IMG/VR virus record: IMGVR_UViG_3300022654_000689 | Length of the DNA stretch: 64,000 nucleotides | Origin: a virus | Taxonomy: Duplodnaviria; Caudoviricetes | Strand: one strand, 5' to 3' | Shown: positions 11,971-22,182 of the stretch, piece by piece | Numbering within the stretch: position 1 is the stretch's first letter | How the letters are laid out: every line of letters starts with the position of its first letter | Program-made: the position numbers and the translations under genes | Notes under the pieces: generated by a model | What the model was told of the DNA's origin: nothing | The model's database searches: none | What the model saw: the letters and a program-made list of their open reading frames with translations, nothing else

Positions 11971-14900
11971 GTGTCATCATTAAGCTTCATTAAAAATAAA
12001 AATTATATCATAACCACATTACGAGCTACAACACAATTAAGCGATGAAGTTATAAAATCTGCAGCCCCAATAACTGCAGATATTATATCTAAAAATACAA
12101 AATATGTAAATAATAAATTATCTAATATTGCTGGTCTTAATAAAAATAATGAATATTATAAAAGCTCTAAAGAATTAATTGAGGATAGTATTAATGCACT
12201 CAAAAATGATCCATATACAAAAGACCAATTTAACAAAACAATGACTAAAATTAAAAATTTTTCCACAAATAATAATTCTATTATGGATTATATTACTGAT
12301 ACTGAAACAGCAACCGATATACGTAATATTCAAAATGAATCTAATGTATTTATGAAAAGTGATATAAAAACCACTTTATCAATTATACATATCATTAATA
12401 ATAATATATCAACAATACAAATTGAAAGACTATCTAAATCTGAAAACTACATATCTTATATTAACAAATTTAATCAAGATAAATCAATTTATTATTATAA
12501 TATGATAAATGAAGGTTTTAAAACTGCAATAGAGACTCTTACGAAATTAAAAGGCAGATTGTCGATAATATCAAAATTTGAACAAGGTGTGTTTCAAGTA
12601 AATAATAAATATAATCAATTAAAAACTATTGTAAACACAATTGATATGTTTGGTAGTGATTATTATAAATCAAAAATGTTAGATACTGAAGCTACTGAAG
12701 TTGCAAAAAACTTTATTACAGATAATGTACCTCCATTAATATCTAATATAGCAAATGTTATAAGTCAAATATTACCAGCTCCTATTAAAGAAGCATTGAA
12801 TGAAACTGAATCATTATTAAAAATAACACCAGTTATATTAAATAAAAAATATGAATCAATGTTGGATAGTGATAATCATTTGCAATCAGCAATAGGTACT
12901 ATGTTTCATAAAAAAATTAATTCTCAGTTATATGATAAAGGAAACATGAATTATGACGGTATAACTAGAAGGTCAATTTTAAATGCAATACCTTCTGGCT
13001 TAGCTAAAATTTTAAATATTGTAAACGGTTTTAAAGACCCTTTAAAAGAAAAAGTTTTCGATTATGAGAAAAATATTTTTATGACTGGAGAAACTATATA
13101 TCAGCATGCCAAAGATGAATATGAATTTAATAGAAACAGATTAGATTCACCTATAAATGGATATAAAAATTTAGTAATATCTAAATTAAAAAAAGAAAAG
13201 CTTTTTAATACATCAATTAGTTCTGAAGTGGAAACTGCTATAGACAAAATTGTTAATGATAAATTGCTTCCATCAAAATTGGTTAAATTGTCTAACAACG
13301 ATAAATTAAATGAAATAATGAGAGAATCATATATGGATTTATCTCCATATGAAAAAACTAGATTTATGCATTATGTATTTAATATTGTAAAAACACCTGA
13401 AGAAATCATAGGTGAAAATGAATCATATCATAACGTGTTAGATACAATAGGGTTACAAGATATTATTCCTGAAAGAAAAATTGATTTTAAAAATGAATTA
13501 TCTAATTATTTAATTGGTAAAAATTATAATGGTCTGGCTGCATATATAAATCAAAAACCCGATAGCGAAAATCCTTATGAGCCAGGAACAGCGTTGTATA
13601 GTGTTGTGTCAGGAATAAGATCTATTAACGTATTAATAACTGAATTACTTTTTGGAGTTCCTGACGGTAAAAAATCTGAATTGAGTATTATTGGTGAAAA
13701 AAGTTTAATGTTTGTAGGAAAGATTGCTGACAAGGCCGTAGATTCATATAGAACCTATATAAGCAGCGATAAGCGAGGGGCTAAATTATTAAAAGATATT
13801 AAAAACACAGGTATTGTTAAAGCAACTGCTGATTATTTAAAATTAGTATGGACAGAATTAAAAGAAAATGGCATTGGTAAATGGACATATGAAACATTAA
13901 TAACACCTATTGCTAATTTTGCTAAAACCCATGTTTTTGACAAGATGGCTGATGGGTATAAAACTTTAGTTGCAAATTTAAAATCTAAAGCATCTAAACT
14001 TGACGATTCATCCCAACAAAATAAACATGTAATAAAGAAAAAAATAACACTAGAAAAAGTATATCAGATTAAAATTAAAAAAAGTATCAAAACGGTAGGA
14101 AAGTCTATTAAAGAAAATTTAGTAGATAATATTTTAAATCTTAATAATGACATAAAAAGTCTTAATCCTGCATTAAGTAATGAAGAATATGAAAAAAAAT
14201 TACTAGATGTATTTGATACCAGTCTTTATATAAAATTAAAAGAAAAACAAAGAGAATATGATGAAAAACATAAGCATGATAATAAAACTTTATTAACATT
14301 AACATCAGGTATAGTAAAAATTATGGGAATTGTAAAAAGTGTATATCGAGGTATAAAAGCTGCAAAAAATATGAGACCTGATATAGAAAAAAGAACTTTT
14401 TTTGAAAAAATGAAAGATATTATCGATCATGGTCGAGAAGAAAAAAGAAAACGTACTACAACTAAAACGCATATACTTAAAAACGCAGCTACAATTGCAT
14501 ATAATATTGTAGACTTAAGATTGATTACTCCATTTAAAACTTTTATAAAAGTAATGAAAGAAAATAAAGAATCAATATGGAATATTATAAAAAATACAAT
14601 ATCAATTGTTATTAATTTTTATACCAAATTTATGATTCCTATAAAGATGTTTAATTTTTATAAAAATCATGTATTAGGCGTGCAGTTATTCTTAGAAACT
14701 AAAAGATTTGCAATAAGTGTAAGAAAAAATATCATAAAAGAAGCGATAACTACTATTAAGGAAGCTGCTCGAATTAATAAGAACTTTAAAAAAGTATATA
14801 TGATAAATCCTGAATACGACCAAGTTGGTTTTGTTACTAAAAATTTTAATATAATTGGTGGATATTTAGACAATATATATGAAAAAATAGAAATCGATAA

Positions 14901-17202
14901 ATACCTATCAGGATATGAAAAAGGTAAATTACATGCATTAAATGAAAAAGATGATGATGAAAAAGATACTAAAAAAGCTGAAACAGTTATAGAAAAACAC
15001 AAAAAAACAATAAAAGAGAGAATTAAGAAAAGACTTGATACAGTTACAGATTTTCTTAAAGATAAAGCATTAGGATCAGTGAAAAACGTATTTTCAGGAG
15101 TTGGAAGTTTTGCAAAAGGTATAACTGGAACATTATTTATGAAATTATTTAAAAATTCTAAAACAGAAGCAATTGTAAATAAAGTTAAAAATATATTTAA
15201 AGGTACAAAAACGGATATTAATGCTAGAATAGAACATGTATATGTAATTGGCGGTAATTTAACTGGAGGAGGAATAACTGGGATATCGAATATCGGAACA
15301 GGTAAAATTGGAGACGCAGTTGAAAATAATACAAAAAATCTTGCCAATGGAAAAAAAGGAAAAATTAAATATATTGCCCTTATAGGGGCTTACATTGCAG
15401 GAAGTGCATACGCCATGAAAACCTTAAATAAAAATGAAGATGAAAATGAAGATATTAAAGATGAAAAACAAGAGAGTATAGCTGAACCTGCGCCTACTAA
15501 ACAACAAACAAACTCAAACGATCAATTAAATGAACAACCCACAGATCCGAATAAGTCTATTGAAATACCGTATAATAATACAACATCAACTATCTCTTTA
15601 GAAAATAATGTAAATCTGAAATCTTCAATAATTGTTGACGAAGAAATTACTACAGATCAATTAAATCAATATATTGCTAATGGAAAAATAAAAATTCCTA
15701 ATAATGAACAAGGAGCACAGTTAAAAGAAAAATCTGTTGCAAATGAAAATAGTATTAGCGCAACACAATTACAATTGAATTCATCATTTTTTACATCATC
15801 AATGGTAAGTGTTAATAAATTAGTTAATATTGATGCTAGAGAGATGCGAAATTATTATGATGATAAGAGTTATAATGAAAAAATCGAAAAAGAATTTACT
15901 AATAAATTAACTGCATCTGAACTCGAAGAATATAATGCAAATAAAAATGCAAGTTTACTTGCTGCAAAACTTCGTATGGGAGATAAAAGCGTAATAGATA
16001 CCTTAATGGGTAAAGAGTCATTAGGAGCATTAGCTAGAGGTGGATTATCACTAAAACAAGCTCAACGTTTAGTCGATGAGTATGTTATGCAAAGTGGATT
16101 TACTAAAATAAAATATAATAATCATGCAGGTGATGGAGGTTATGCAAACTATGATTATTCAGATCCTAATGATGATGGTAATTATGACGATGCACCCGGC
16201 GGTGGAATAGAACTAGGAGAAAACGACTTATTTGGTAGAGTATCTCAAAAATATGAAACCGGTACATCAGATTATACAGGGGCTGCAAAAATATCAAGTG
16301 GTAAAGGAGATTACGGTGGAGTATCCTATGGTATTCCTCAATTTTCTACTACGATGGGTTCAGCAAAATCATTTGCAAATTGGTTACAAACGACATATCC
16401 TAAATTTGGGCAACATCTTGCTGGATTATCCCCTGGAACAGAAGCATTTAATAGAGGATGGCGTAATGCATATAATACAGACCCTCAAGGTTTTGCAAAT
16501 GCACAAATTGCATATATAGTAAAAAACGAAACATTACCATTTATATCAAAAATATATAAAACAATGGGTGTAAATCTTAATTTAAATAGAGGTTTACAAG
16601 AATTAGCTCATTCAGTAGTAATTCAACATGGTTCAGGCGGAGGTCCAAGATTAATGAAAAATGCAGGAATTACTAGTGCTGATGACCCTGCAACTATTAT
16701 TAATAAATTATATGCCGAAAGAAGTAAAGTCCATATTTATTTTAAAAGTAGTAGTGGGGCCGTACAGAATAGTGTTAAGGATCGTTTTGTAGATGAAAGA
16801 AGACATTGTTTAGAACTAGTAAATTCCCCAGCAATAGATTTACATGCATTAGTAAACGGAATGACCTCATCAATAAGTTCTGCTGACATGGATAAAACAA
16901 ATTCAACAATGGAAAATTCAATTAATATGTTGAATAGCACACTTGAAAACGCAGTAGTTAATAAAGATAATATAAGAAATATAATTAAAAATATTAAATC
17001 TATGCAAATATTGAAAGATGATCCGGAAGTTAAGCAATTAATAGAAATTATAGTTTTATTAGATAAAATGTCTAATAATTCATCTAAATTAGCAAATGAT
17101 GATAATATTATATTGAAATACTCTAACGAAATTTCAAATAATTCTAACAAAAAAATATTAAAAAATGTATTTATAGGAGGTTATGAGGGGAAATTAGCTT
17201 AA
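11971..17202 (+). CDS. Giant tape-measure-like/tail protein with VgrG3-like (lysozyme-fold) muramidase domain
   Basis: 1743 aa. The motif SQKYETG..ISSGKGDYGGVSYGIPQF..VIQHG..SVKDRFVDE resembles VgrG3-type lysozyme-like effector domains. The N-terminus is paralogous to 6003..11927 (ENESYHN, YDGITRRSILNAIP). Confidence 0.75.
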   Translation: MSSLSFIKNKNYIITTLRATTQLSDEVIKSAAPITADIISKNTKYVNNKLSNIAGLNKNNEYYKSSKELIEDSINALKNDPYTKDQFNKTMTKIKNFSTNNNSIMDYITDTETATDIRNIQNESNVFMKSDIKTTLSIIHIINNNISTIQIERLSKSENYISYINKFNQDKSIYYYNMINEGFKTAIETLTKLKGRLSIISKFEQGVFQVNNKYNQLKTIVNTIDMFGSDYYKSKMLDTEATEVAKNFITDNVPPLISNIANVISQILPAPIKEALNETESLLKITPVILNKKYESMLDSDNHLQSAIGTMFHKKINSQLYDKGNMNYDGITRRSILNAIPSGLAKILNIVNGFKDPLKEKVFDYEKNIFMTGETIYQHAKDEYEFNRNRLDSPINGYKNLVISKLKKEKLFNTSISSEVETAIDKIVNDKLLPSKLVKLSNNDKLNEIMRESYMDLSPYEKTRFMHYVFNIVKTPEEIIGENESYHNVLDTIGLQDIIPERKIDFKNELSNYLIGKNYNGLAAYINQKPDSENPYEPGTALYSVVSGIRSINVLITELLFGVPDGKKSELSIIGEKSLMFVGKIADKAVDSYRTYISSDKRGAKLLKDIKNTGIVKATADYLKLVWTELKENGIGKWTYETLITPIANFAKTHVFDKMADGYKTLVANLKSKASKLDDSSQQNKHVIKKKITLEKVYQIKIKKSIKTVGKSIKENLVDNILNLNNDIKSLNPALSNEEYEKKLLDVFDTSLYIKLKEKQREYDEKHKHDNKTLLTLTSGIVKIMGIVKSVYRGIKAAKNMRPDIEKRTFFEKMKDIIDHGREEKRKRTTTKTHILKNAATIAYNIVDLRLITPFKTFIKVMKENKESIWNIIKNTISIVINFYTKFMIPIKMFNFYKNHVLGVQLFLETKRFAISVRKNIIKEAITTIKEAARINKNFKKVYMINPEYDQVGFVTKNFNIIGGYLDNIYEKIEIDKYLSGYEKGKLHALNEKDDDEKDTKKAETVIEKHKKTIKERIKKRLDTVTDFLKDKALGSVKNVFSGVGSFAKGITGTLFMKLFKNSKTEAIVNKVKNIFKGTKTDINARIEHVYVIGGNLTGGGITGISNIGTGKIGDAVENNTKNLANGKKGKIKYIALIGAYIAGSAYAMKTLNKNEDENEDIKDEKQESIAEPAPTKQQTNSNDQLNEQPTDPNKSIEIPYNNTTSTISLENNVNLKSSIIVDEEITTDQLNQYIANGKIKIPNNEQGAQLKEKSVANENSISATQLQLNSSFFTSSMVSVNKLVNIDAREMRNYYDDKSYNEKIEKEFTNKLTASELEEYNANKNASLLAAKLRMGDKSVIDTLMGKESLGALARGGLSLKQAQRLVDEYVMQSGFTKIKYNNHAGDGGYANYDYSDPNDDGNYDDAPGGGIELGENDLFGRVSQKYETGTSDYTGAAKISSGKGDYGGVSYGIPQFSTTMGSAKSFANWLQTTYPKFGQHLAGLSPGTEAFNRGWRNAYNTDPQGFANAQIAYIVKNETLPFISKIYKTMGVNLNLNRGLQELAHSVVIQHGSGGGPRLMKNAGITSADDPATIINKLYAERSKVHIYFKSSSGAVQNSVKDRFVDERRHCLELVNSPAIDLHALVNGMTSSISSADMDKTNSTMENSINMLNSTLENAVVNKDNIRNIIKNIKSMQILKDDPEVKQLIEIIVLLDKMSNNSSKLANDDNIILKYSNEISNNSNKKILKNVFIGGYEGKLA

Positions 17203-17232
17203 TATTTCCCCTTAACTTCAGAAAGGGGAAAT

Positions 17233-19764
17233 ATGTCAAGAGCTGATAGAAATTCGAATGGATTTGGCTGTAAATTTGGAAATAATTGTACTAAGTTTAA
17301 TCCAAATAATATAGATGATGCTAGTCGTCTAAGACGAATTTTAGTAAATCTAACAGATCGCGAATTATTTTCGTGGGAATTAATTCCAGAGCTATTCAGA
17401 TTATTTAAATTGGAACACAATAAAATTGCAAGAATTTCAAATTACAATCAATTAACAAACGAATGGAAAAAACATTTTAAAGACTATGTCATTATAAGAA
17501 CATCCTGTAATAATGGAAGTTTATATAAAGACGCATATGATTATTATAATACTTTAAACTTACAAAAAAATAAAATTGCAAATTATGACAATATAAAAAT
17601 AGATGATAACACATTCTATTATAATTATGAAAATAAAGAAAATTTTATAGAAGAAGATAACAGTGAACCAATTAAATCATATTTATCAAAAATGTATGCT
17701 GATGAAGTTAAAAATAATTTATCAGCTGTTCGAAAAGTATCTAACAGAGATAATGTAATAGATGATGACGGAGCGGGAACAACTACTAAATCTAAATATA
17801 TAGTTATGAGAGCTAAATCATCATATGAGCCTGGAGCTTTTACGTTTAATGCGGCACAATTTGAAACTGTTGCTAAACGAATTAGAGATGGTTCTCTTAC
17901 ATCGACATGTACTACTAAAGATACTAAAATTACTGCAACAGAACCTAAAGCTAACACGAACTATTTAATGAATACTACATTTGACAATAAATGTAAATGT
18001 GGTAAATACCATATAAATACAGAAGCACATAAACTTTGGAATAGTGCAGCCGCTGGTAGTAAACCTAGATATAGTGTTGATGGCGAATGGATAAAATACA
18101 GATACACTGCTGAAGAAGAAGCAGATAATCAGCGTCATTTTTTAGCCAGCGATAGTTCTGGAACTAAGCTTAATGGACAAAATACAGGTAAACAACCATC
18201 CGGTGGTGTTCCAAATGGATCGACACCCGAAACTCAAACAGGCGATGTTCCAAATGGATCGACACCCGAAACTCAAACAGGCGATGTTACTACTCAAATA
18301 TCAAATTCGTCAGCCAGTGGGGCTGGTCCTGGTATGTACGGAATGCCGTCATCTGATGGGGGGAAAGATTTAGCTGTATTCGTTAATGCTGGTGGTAGTA
18401 GTGCTATTGACACTAATATTAATAACGGCTCAAATCAAATAGACGATTCAACAAATGCTGATATTGTTGATGGTGGTATACCTACCGGAGAGAACGGAAC
18501 GGTTTCTGCTACTGTCGAGCCTACTATCGGTTTAGTCGGGAATTACGATAATAATAGTAATGCACCCGGTTCCGCAGCTGTAAGTCAAGGAAATAATACT
18601 AATAATAGTAATGCACCCGGTTCCGCAGCTGTAAGTCAAGGAAATAATGTTAACAACCAAAATCAAAATAGTACAATTCCTAATGCCGCAGCTGTAAGTC
18701 AAAATAATGGAGGAGGAGGTGGTGGCGGTACCTCATCAGCAAGTAGCCATACTACAAAAACACTTACTCTTGCAGATGTAGATAATGCGGCTGGTAAAAA
18801 TGGTAAAACAATTTATGGTGATGATATAGGATCATTACCTAAAATTGAAATTCTACCAGGTTTTAGTGAGGCTGGCCACAAACCTCCAATATTTGGAGTT
18901 CCGTTAATGTATAATCCAGTTTGCGACCCTAATGGAAGAATATATGCCGAAACAACAATGATGGATCTGCCTATTATTTATATAGAACCAGGTAGAGGTA
19001 AATTAAATAATACGGTCGACGACCAAGAAACAATGGAAGCCTTACAAGATGCATATAAAGATCCTAGCGGAGGAGGAATTCAGACAGCTCGTACATCAGA
19101 AGACCTTAGAGCGTTATCTTTTGAAAATGCATTTTCTGAATTTATGGAATATTTTCAAAATATTTGTAGTATTGTATATGGTAATATGGGACTTGGTATA
19201 TTTGACTGGAAAGATGGAGTATCTAGTAGCGGTGGTGCCTTAGATACAGTTAAAAGATTATTTTTAGATAGAAGTTTATTATTCTTTGCAGACACTGCAA
19301 CTTCCGTATCTGACGCTTTTAGTAACGAATTTTCAGATGCACCTCTTACTTCATCTATTAACAACTTTGGAGTATTGGTTAGAAATCTTAAAATGATGAC
19401 AATCCAAAATGCAGTTGATGTTGCAAAAGATGACCTTGGAGACGGTATAGTTGGTAACTTCCAATCTAAAGGTGATACTGGTAAAAATAGATCTAATCTT
19501 GTGTCTATTCTAAATGATATAGTTAGTAAAGGCGCGACCATATTCAACGGATCTCAATTATTATTCCCTCAAGTATGGAATGATTCAAGACATGATAGAT
19601 CGTATAGTTTATCGTTTAAGTTCTTTTCTCCTTATGGAAATAAAGAAGCAATATTTCAAAAAGTCTATCTTCCAGTATTAGCTTTAATTACTTTAACATT
19701 ACCTAGAATGGATGGTATTTCAGGTTATGCACAGCCATTTTATGTAAGAACTAATGCACCGGGT
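17233..19764 (+). CDS. Exon 1 of virion baseplate/tail-hub-like structural protein (spliced product about 960 aa)
   Basis: The C-terminal part PQVWNDS..SFKFFSPYGNKEAIFQKVYLP..PFYVRTNAPG resembles conserved virion proteins of phiKZ/AR9-like phages. It continues in exon 2 after the intron. Confidence 0.7.
18208..18288 (+). repeat. 39-bp tandem duplication in coding sequence (VPNGSTPETQTGD x2)
   Basis: Unit gttccaaatggatcgacacccgaaactcaaacaggcgat is repeated exactly. Confidence 0.95.
18550..18648 (+). repeat. 51-bp-period tandem repeat in coding sequence (NNSNAPGSAAVSQGNN x2, degenerate third copy near 18680)
   Basis: aataatagtaatgcacccggttccgcagctgtaagtcaaggaaataat occurs at 18550 and 18601. 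Confidence 0.95.
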
Positions 19765-19967
19765 TACTCAGATTAGCTCGGTATAAACTTCTTTAATTGC
19801 TGGGAAATCTCTATGAGACAATCAGCAGCCAATATCAGAGATGATAAGGTTCAACGACTATCGAAACCGATAATAAGGGAGTAGAGTACCGAAAGGGAAA
19901 TGGGAAGCACTAGAAATAGTGAAGATATAGTCTGAACTATATAGCGATATATAGATTAACATTATTG
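19765..19967 (+). ncRNA. Group I intron (203 nt, no ORF)
   Basis: Core elements P AATTGCTGGGAA, Q AATCAGCAGCC, R GTTCAACGACTA and S AAGATATAGTCT are present. P1 forms between exon CCGGGU and IGS GCUCGG, with a U.G pair at the splice site. The terminal G is at 19967. Removing the intron joins NAPG to WFESS in frame. Confidence 0.93.
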
Positions 19968-20318
19968 TGGTTTGAATCTTCTATAGGTGTTATTCAATCT
20001 CTTACAATAGAACGTGGAGGAGACGATCGTTTATGGAGTGTTGATAATATGCCGTTAGAAATAAATTGTACAGTAACCATACAAGACATGTATTCTACAA
20101 CTGCCTTAACTAAAAGCTCAAGATTAGTAGCATTTAATGCAGGACTTACTAGTTATTTGGATAATATGGCTGGTATACGTACAGATAGATTAATTGACAT
20201 GAGAAGAGTTACTGGTTGGTGGTCAAGTAAAGTATCGAGATTGCATTATAATCTTACTAGATTTCCGTTACTTTTAGCCGATGGGTTTTATAGTATGATT
20301 GGTAATTTTCTAAATTAA
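19968..20318 (+). CDS. Exon 2 of baseplate/tail-hub-like structural protein
   Basis: WFESSIGVIQSLTIERGGDDRLWSVDNMPLEINCTVTIQDMY continues the domain from exon 1. It has no SD of its own. Confidence 0.85.
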   Translation, partial: WFESSIGVIQSLTIERGGDDRLWSVDNMPLEINCTVTIQDMYSTTALTKSSRLVAFNAGLTSYLDNMAGIRTDRLIDMRRVTGWWSSKVSRLHYNLTRFPLLLADGFYSMIGNFLN

Positions 20319-20328
20319 AATTATTTGT

Positions 20329-20340
20329 AACAATTTGATA
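20329..20340 (+). promoter_or_regulatory. AR9-type nvRNAP promoter motif AACA-N6-TA (rusA)
   Basis: aaca-atttga-ta, immediately before the SD. Confidence 0.65.
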
Positions 20341-20357
20341 ATGGAGGAGGTAATTGT

Positions 20358-20957
20358 ATGAATGATTTAGATAAAAGAAAATATAATAAATTAGTAAATG
20401 CTGAATTAGTTGTAACAGTTACTGAAAATTCGGATACACGATTAATAATTGATATATACGTATCTGAAAACATAGAACCTTATGTTAGACATAGAGACAG
20501 AAGAGGGCATAAAGGTAAATATGATCCATTATCAGAATATAAAATATATTTAGGAAATACTGTTAAAAAACAATTAAACGATTTAGGAATACTTACACCA
20601 TTAAACGGAGAATTATCATTACAAGTTAAATATTATAAGACTTTTAATAAAGACCATAGTCAAGTTTTTCGTTTGATGGCATTGGCAAATGAAATAAGAC
20701 CTACCGTTAAACCCGATAGTGATAATATATTAAAAACTATACAAGATGCATTTAACGAAAAAGTCTTTATTGATGATATTCAGATTAATAGCGTTAGCCT
20801 AGAAAAGTATTATTACAATGATCCACGAACTTATATAAGAATAATACAAAATAAAGTTAATAATTCTAATAGAAATTTATCTAAAGGCAAAAGATTAAAC
20901 AAAAAATTACAAGAAGAATATGAAAACAAAATAAAAAATATTAACATAGGATTCTAG
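20358..20957 (+). CDS. rusA: RusA-like Holliday junction resolvase
   Basis: KPDSDNILKTIQDAFNEKVFIDDIQI matches the RusA DxDNxxKxxxD...DD catalytic signature. SD GGAGGAGG. Confidence 0.8.
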   Translation: MNDLDKRKYNKLVNAELVVTVTENSDTRLIIDIYVSENIEPYVRHRDRRGHKGKYDPLSEYKIYLGNTVKKQLNDLGILTPLNGELSLQVKYYKTFNKDHSQVFRLMALANEIRPTVKPDSDNILKTIQDAFNEKVFIDDIQINSVSLEKYYYNDPRTYIRIIQNKVNNSNRNLSKGKRLNKKLQEEYENKIKNINIGF

Positions 20958-20972
20958 GAGGTGTCCATTATT

Positions 20973-21431
20973 ATGGATTTAACAGGAGATCAAGAAAAAA
21001 GATTAGATGAGTATATGACTATTAAAAAACATATTAAAGCATGTTTTAATATGGAAAAATTTGTAGAGATAATGAAAGAGGGAATAGATGCTGCAGAAGA
21101 TTTTGATTTTAACAACCCTTATAACCGTAAATTTATAGATCCCAAGAGACCGATATTTATATTAAAAACACCGCTACTTGCAGGTATAGATATGAAAAAA
21201 TTAGATCCAAAACAACAAGATGCTATAATAAACAAAGTTACAGCAGCATTAACTGAGCAAGTTGTTGGAAATATAGAAGAAAAAATGATGAAATGTTTAT
21301 GTGATAAAGAAACCTATCATGAATTATGTGAAGTAGACAGAGACTTAGTTAATTTATGTATAACTAATGTATATAAAGTAAAAATAGATAATACTAAAGG
21401 GTTTGTTACTTTAGAATATTTCGACTTTTAA
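20973..21431 (+). CDS. Hypothetical protein
   Basis: The track start GTG 20961 lies within the SD. ATG 20973 is better spaced. Confidence 0.75.
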   Translation: MDLTGDQEKRLDEYMTIKKHIKACFNMEKFVEIMKEGIDAAEDFDFNNPYNRKFIDPKRPIFILKTPLLAGIDMKKLDPKQQDAIINKVTAALTEQVVGNIEEKMMKCLCDKETYHELCEVDRDLVNLCITNVYKVKIDNTKGFVTLEYFDF

Positions 21432-21464
21432 AACAAAAAAATTTATAAATGTATACTATAATTT

Positions 21465-21498
21465 TGAGAATGAGATAATAATTATTATCTCATTCTCA
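21465..21498. repeat. Perfect 34-bp palindrome (hairpin/operator/terminator-like)
   Basis: tgagaatgagataataattattatctcattctca. Confidence 0.85.
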
Positions 21499-21527
21499 CA
21501 TTTTAGTTAAATTCAGGAGGTACTAAA

Positions 21528-21728
21528 ATGAAAAAGAATAGCAATGAATGCATTTATAGAAACGTATGTTTTGGTTTTGGAAGCATATGTGCTGGATGCA
21601 AACATAAACATGATAATGTCATAAATGATGAGCTGTACAAAGCTTTAAAAGAAGAATATAATAAAGACAAAGAAGAAATTGACGAAGACTTAAAAAATGA
21701 CATTATAAAATCTAAACGTGAAAGATAA
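21528..21728 (+). CDS. Small hypothetical protein (Cys-rich N-terminus)
   Basis: SD AGGAGG; C-x5-C-x6-C-x2-C pattern. Confidence 0.7.
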   Translation: MKKNSNECIYRNVCFGFGSICAGCKHKHDNVINDELYKALKEEYNKDKEEIDEDLKNDIIKSKRER

Positions 21729-21796
21729 ATTAAATTGCTATTCTAAAGATAAAACTCAAGTTAGAGTAAAAAATTAAATTAAATGGAGATGACATA

Positions 21797-22105
21797 GTGA
21801 TATTACAATTATTACAAAATTTAAATGACAGAGAAGAATTAGCTTTAATATTAATAAAAAAACTTCCTAATGAAACAGCAATGAATATACCTCATGGAAA
21901 ATTATGGATGGTAAGAAAAGATAAAAAACAATCATTCATAACAATAGTACAAGATCAAGTTGAAAAGACAATAGGTGTAGTTGTTAGAATTAACGATGGA
22001 AGTTCAACAACATTCAACCATACAGCTTCTTATACATTTAACGAAGATGATGACCAATTCTTTAACTTATTTGTATTAATAAACAAAAACTGTTTGCTAA
22101 GATAA
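21797..22105 (+). CDS. Hypothetical protein
   Basis: GTG start after GGAG; 102 aa. Confidence 0.65.
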   Translation: MILQLLQNLNDREELALILIKKLPNETAMNIPHGKLWMVRKDKKQSFITIVQDQVEKTIGVVVRINDGSSTTFNHTASYTFNEDDDQFFNLFVLINKNCLLR

Positions 22106-22128
22106 TTTTACAATTTTAAAATGCCATT

Positions 22129-22140
22129 AACAAATCAATA
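22129..22140 (+). promoter_or_regulatory. AACA-N6-TA promoter motif (clpP)
   Basis: aaca-aatcaa-ta. Confidence 0.65.
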
Positions 22141-22182
22141 CCAAGTATATAAAAAAATTATAATTAAATTGGAGGTAATTTT

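Noticed and set aside
18208-18648. Direct repeats that might suggest a CRISPR array
   Set aside because: They are head-to-tail in-frame repeats (39 and 51 bp) without unique spacers, inside a CDS, and no cas genes are present.
19965-20318. Stand-alone ORF starting at TTG 19965 (and likewise 34925..35479 starting at ATG 35479)
   Set aside because: In both cases the G of the apparent start codon is the intron terminal G and there is no SD. They are second exons.
20940-20957. RusA-like protein ends in IGF, the ClpP-docking tripeptide of Clp ATPases
   Set aside because: It is a single three-residue match at a terminus rather than in a loop, and is likely coincidence.
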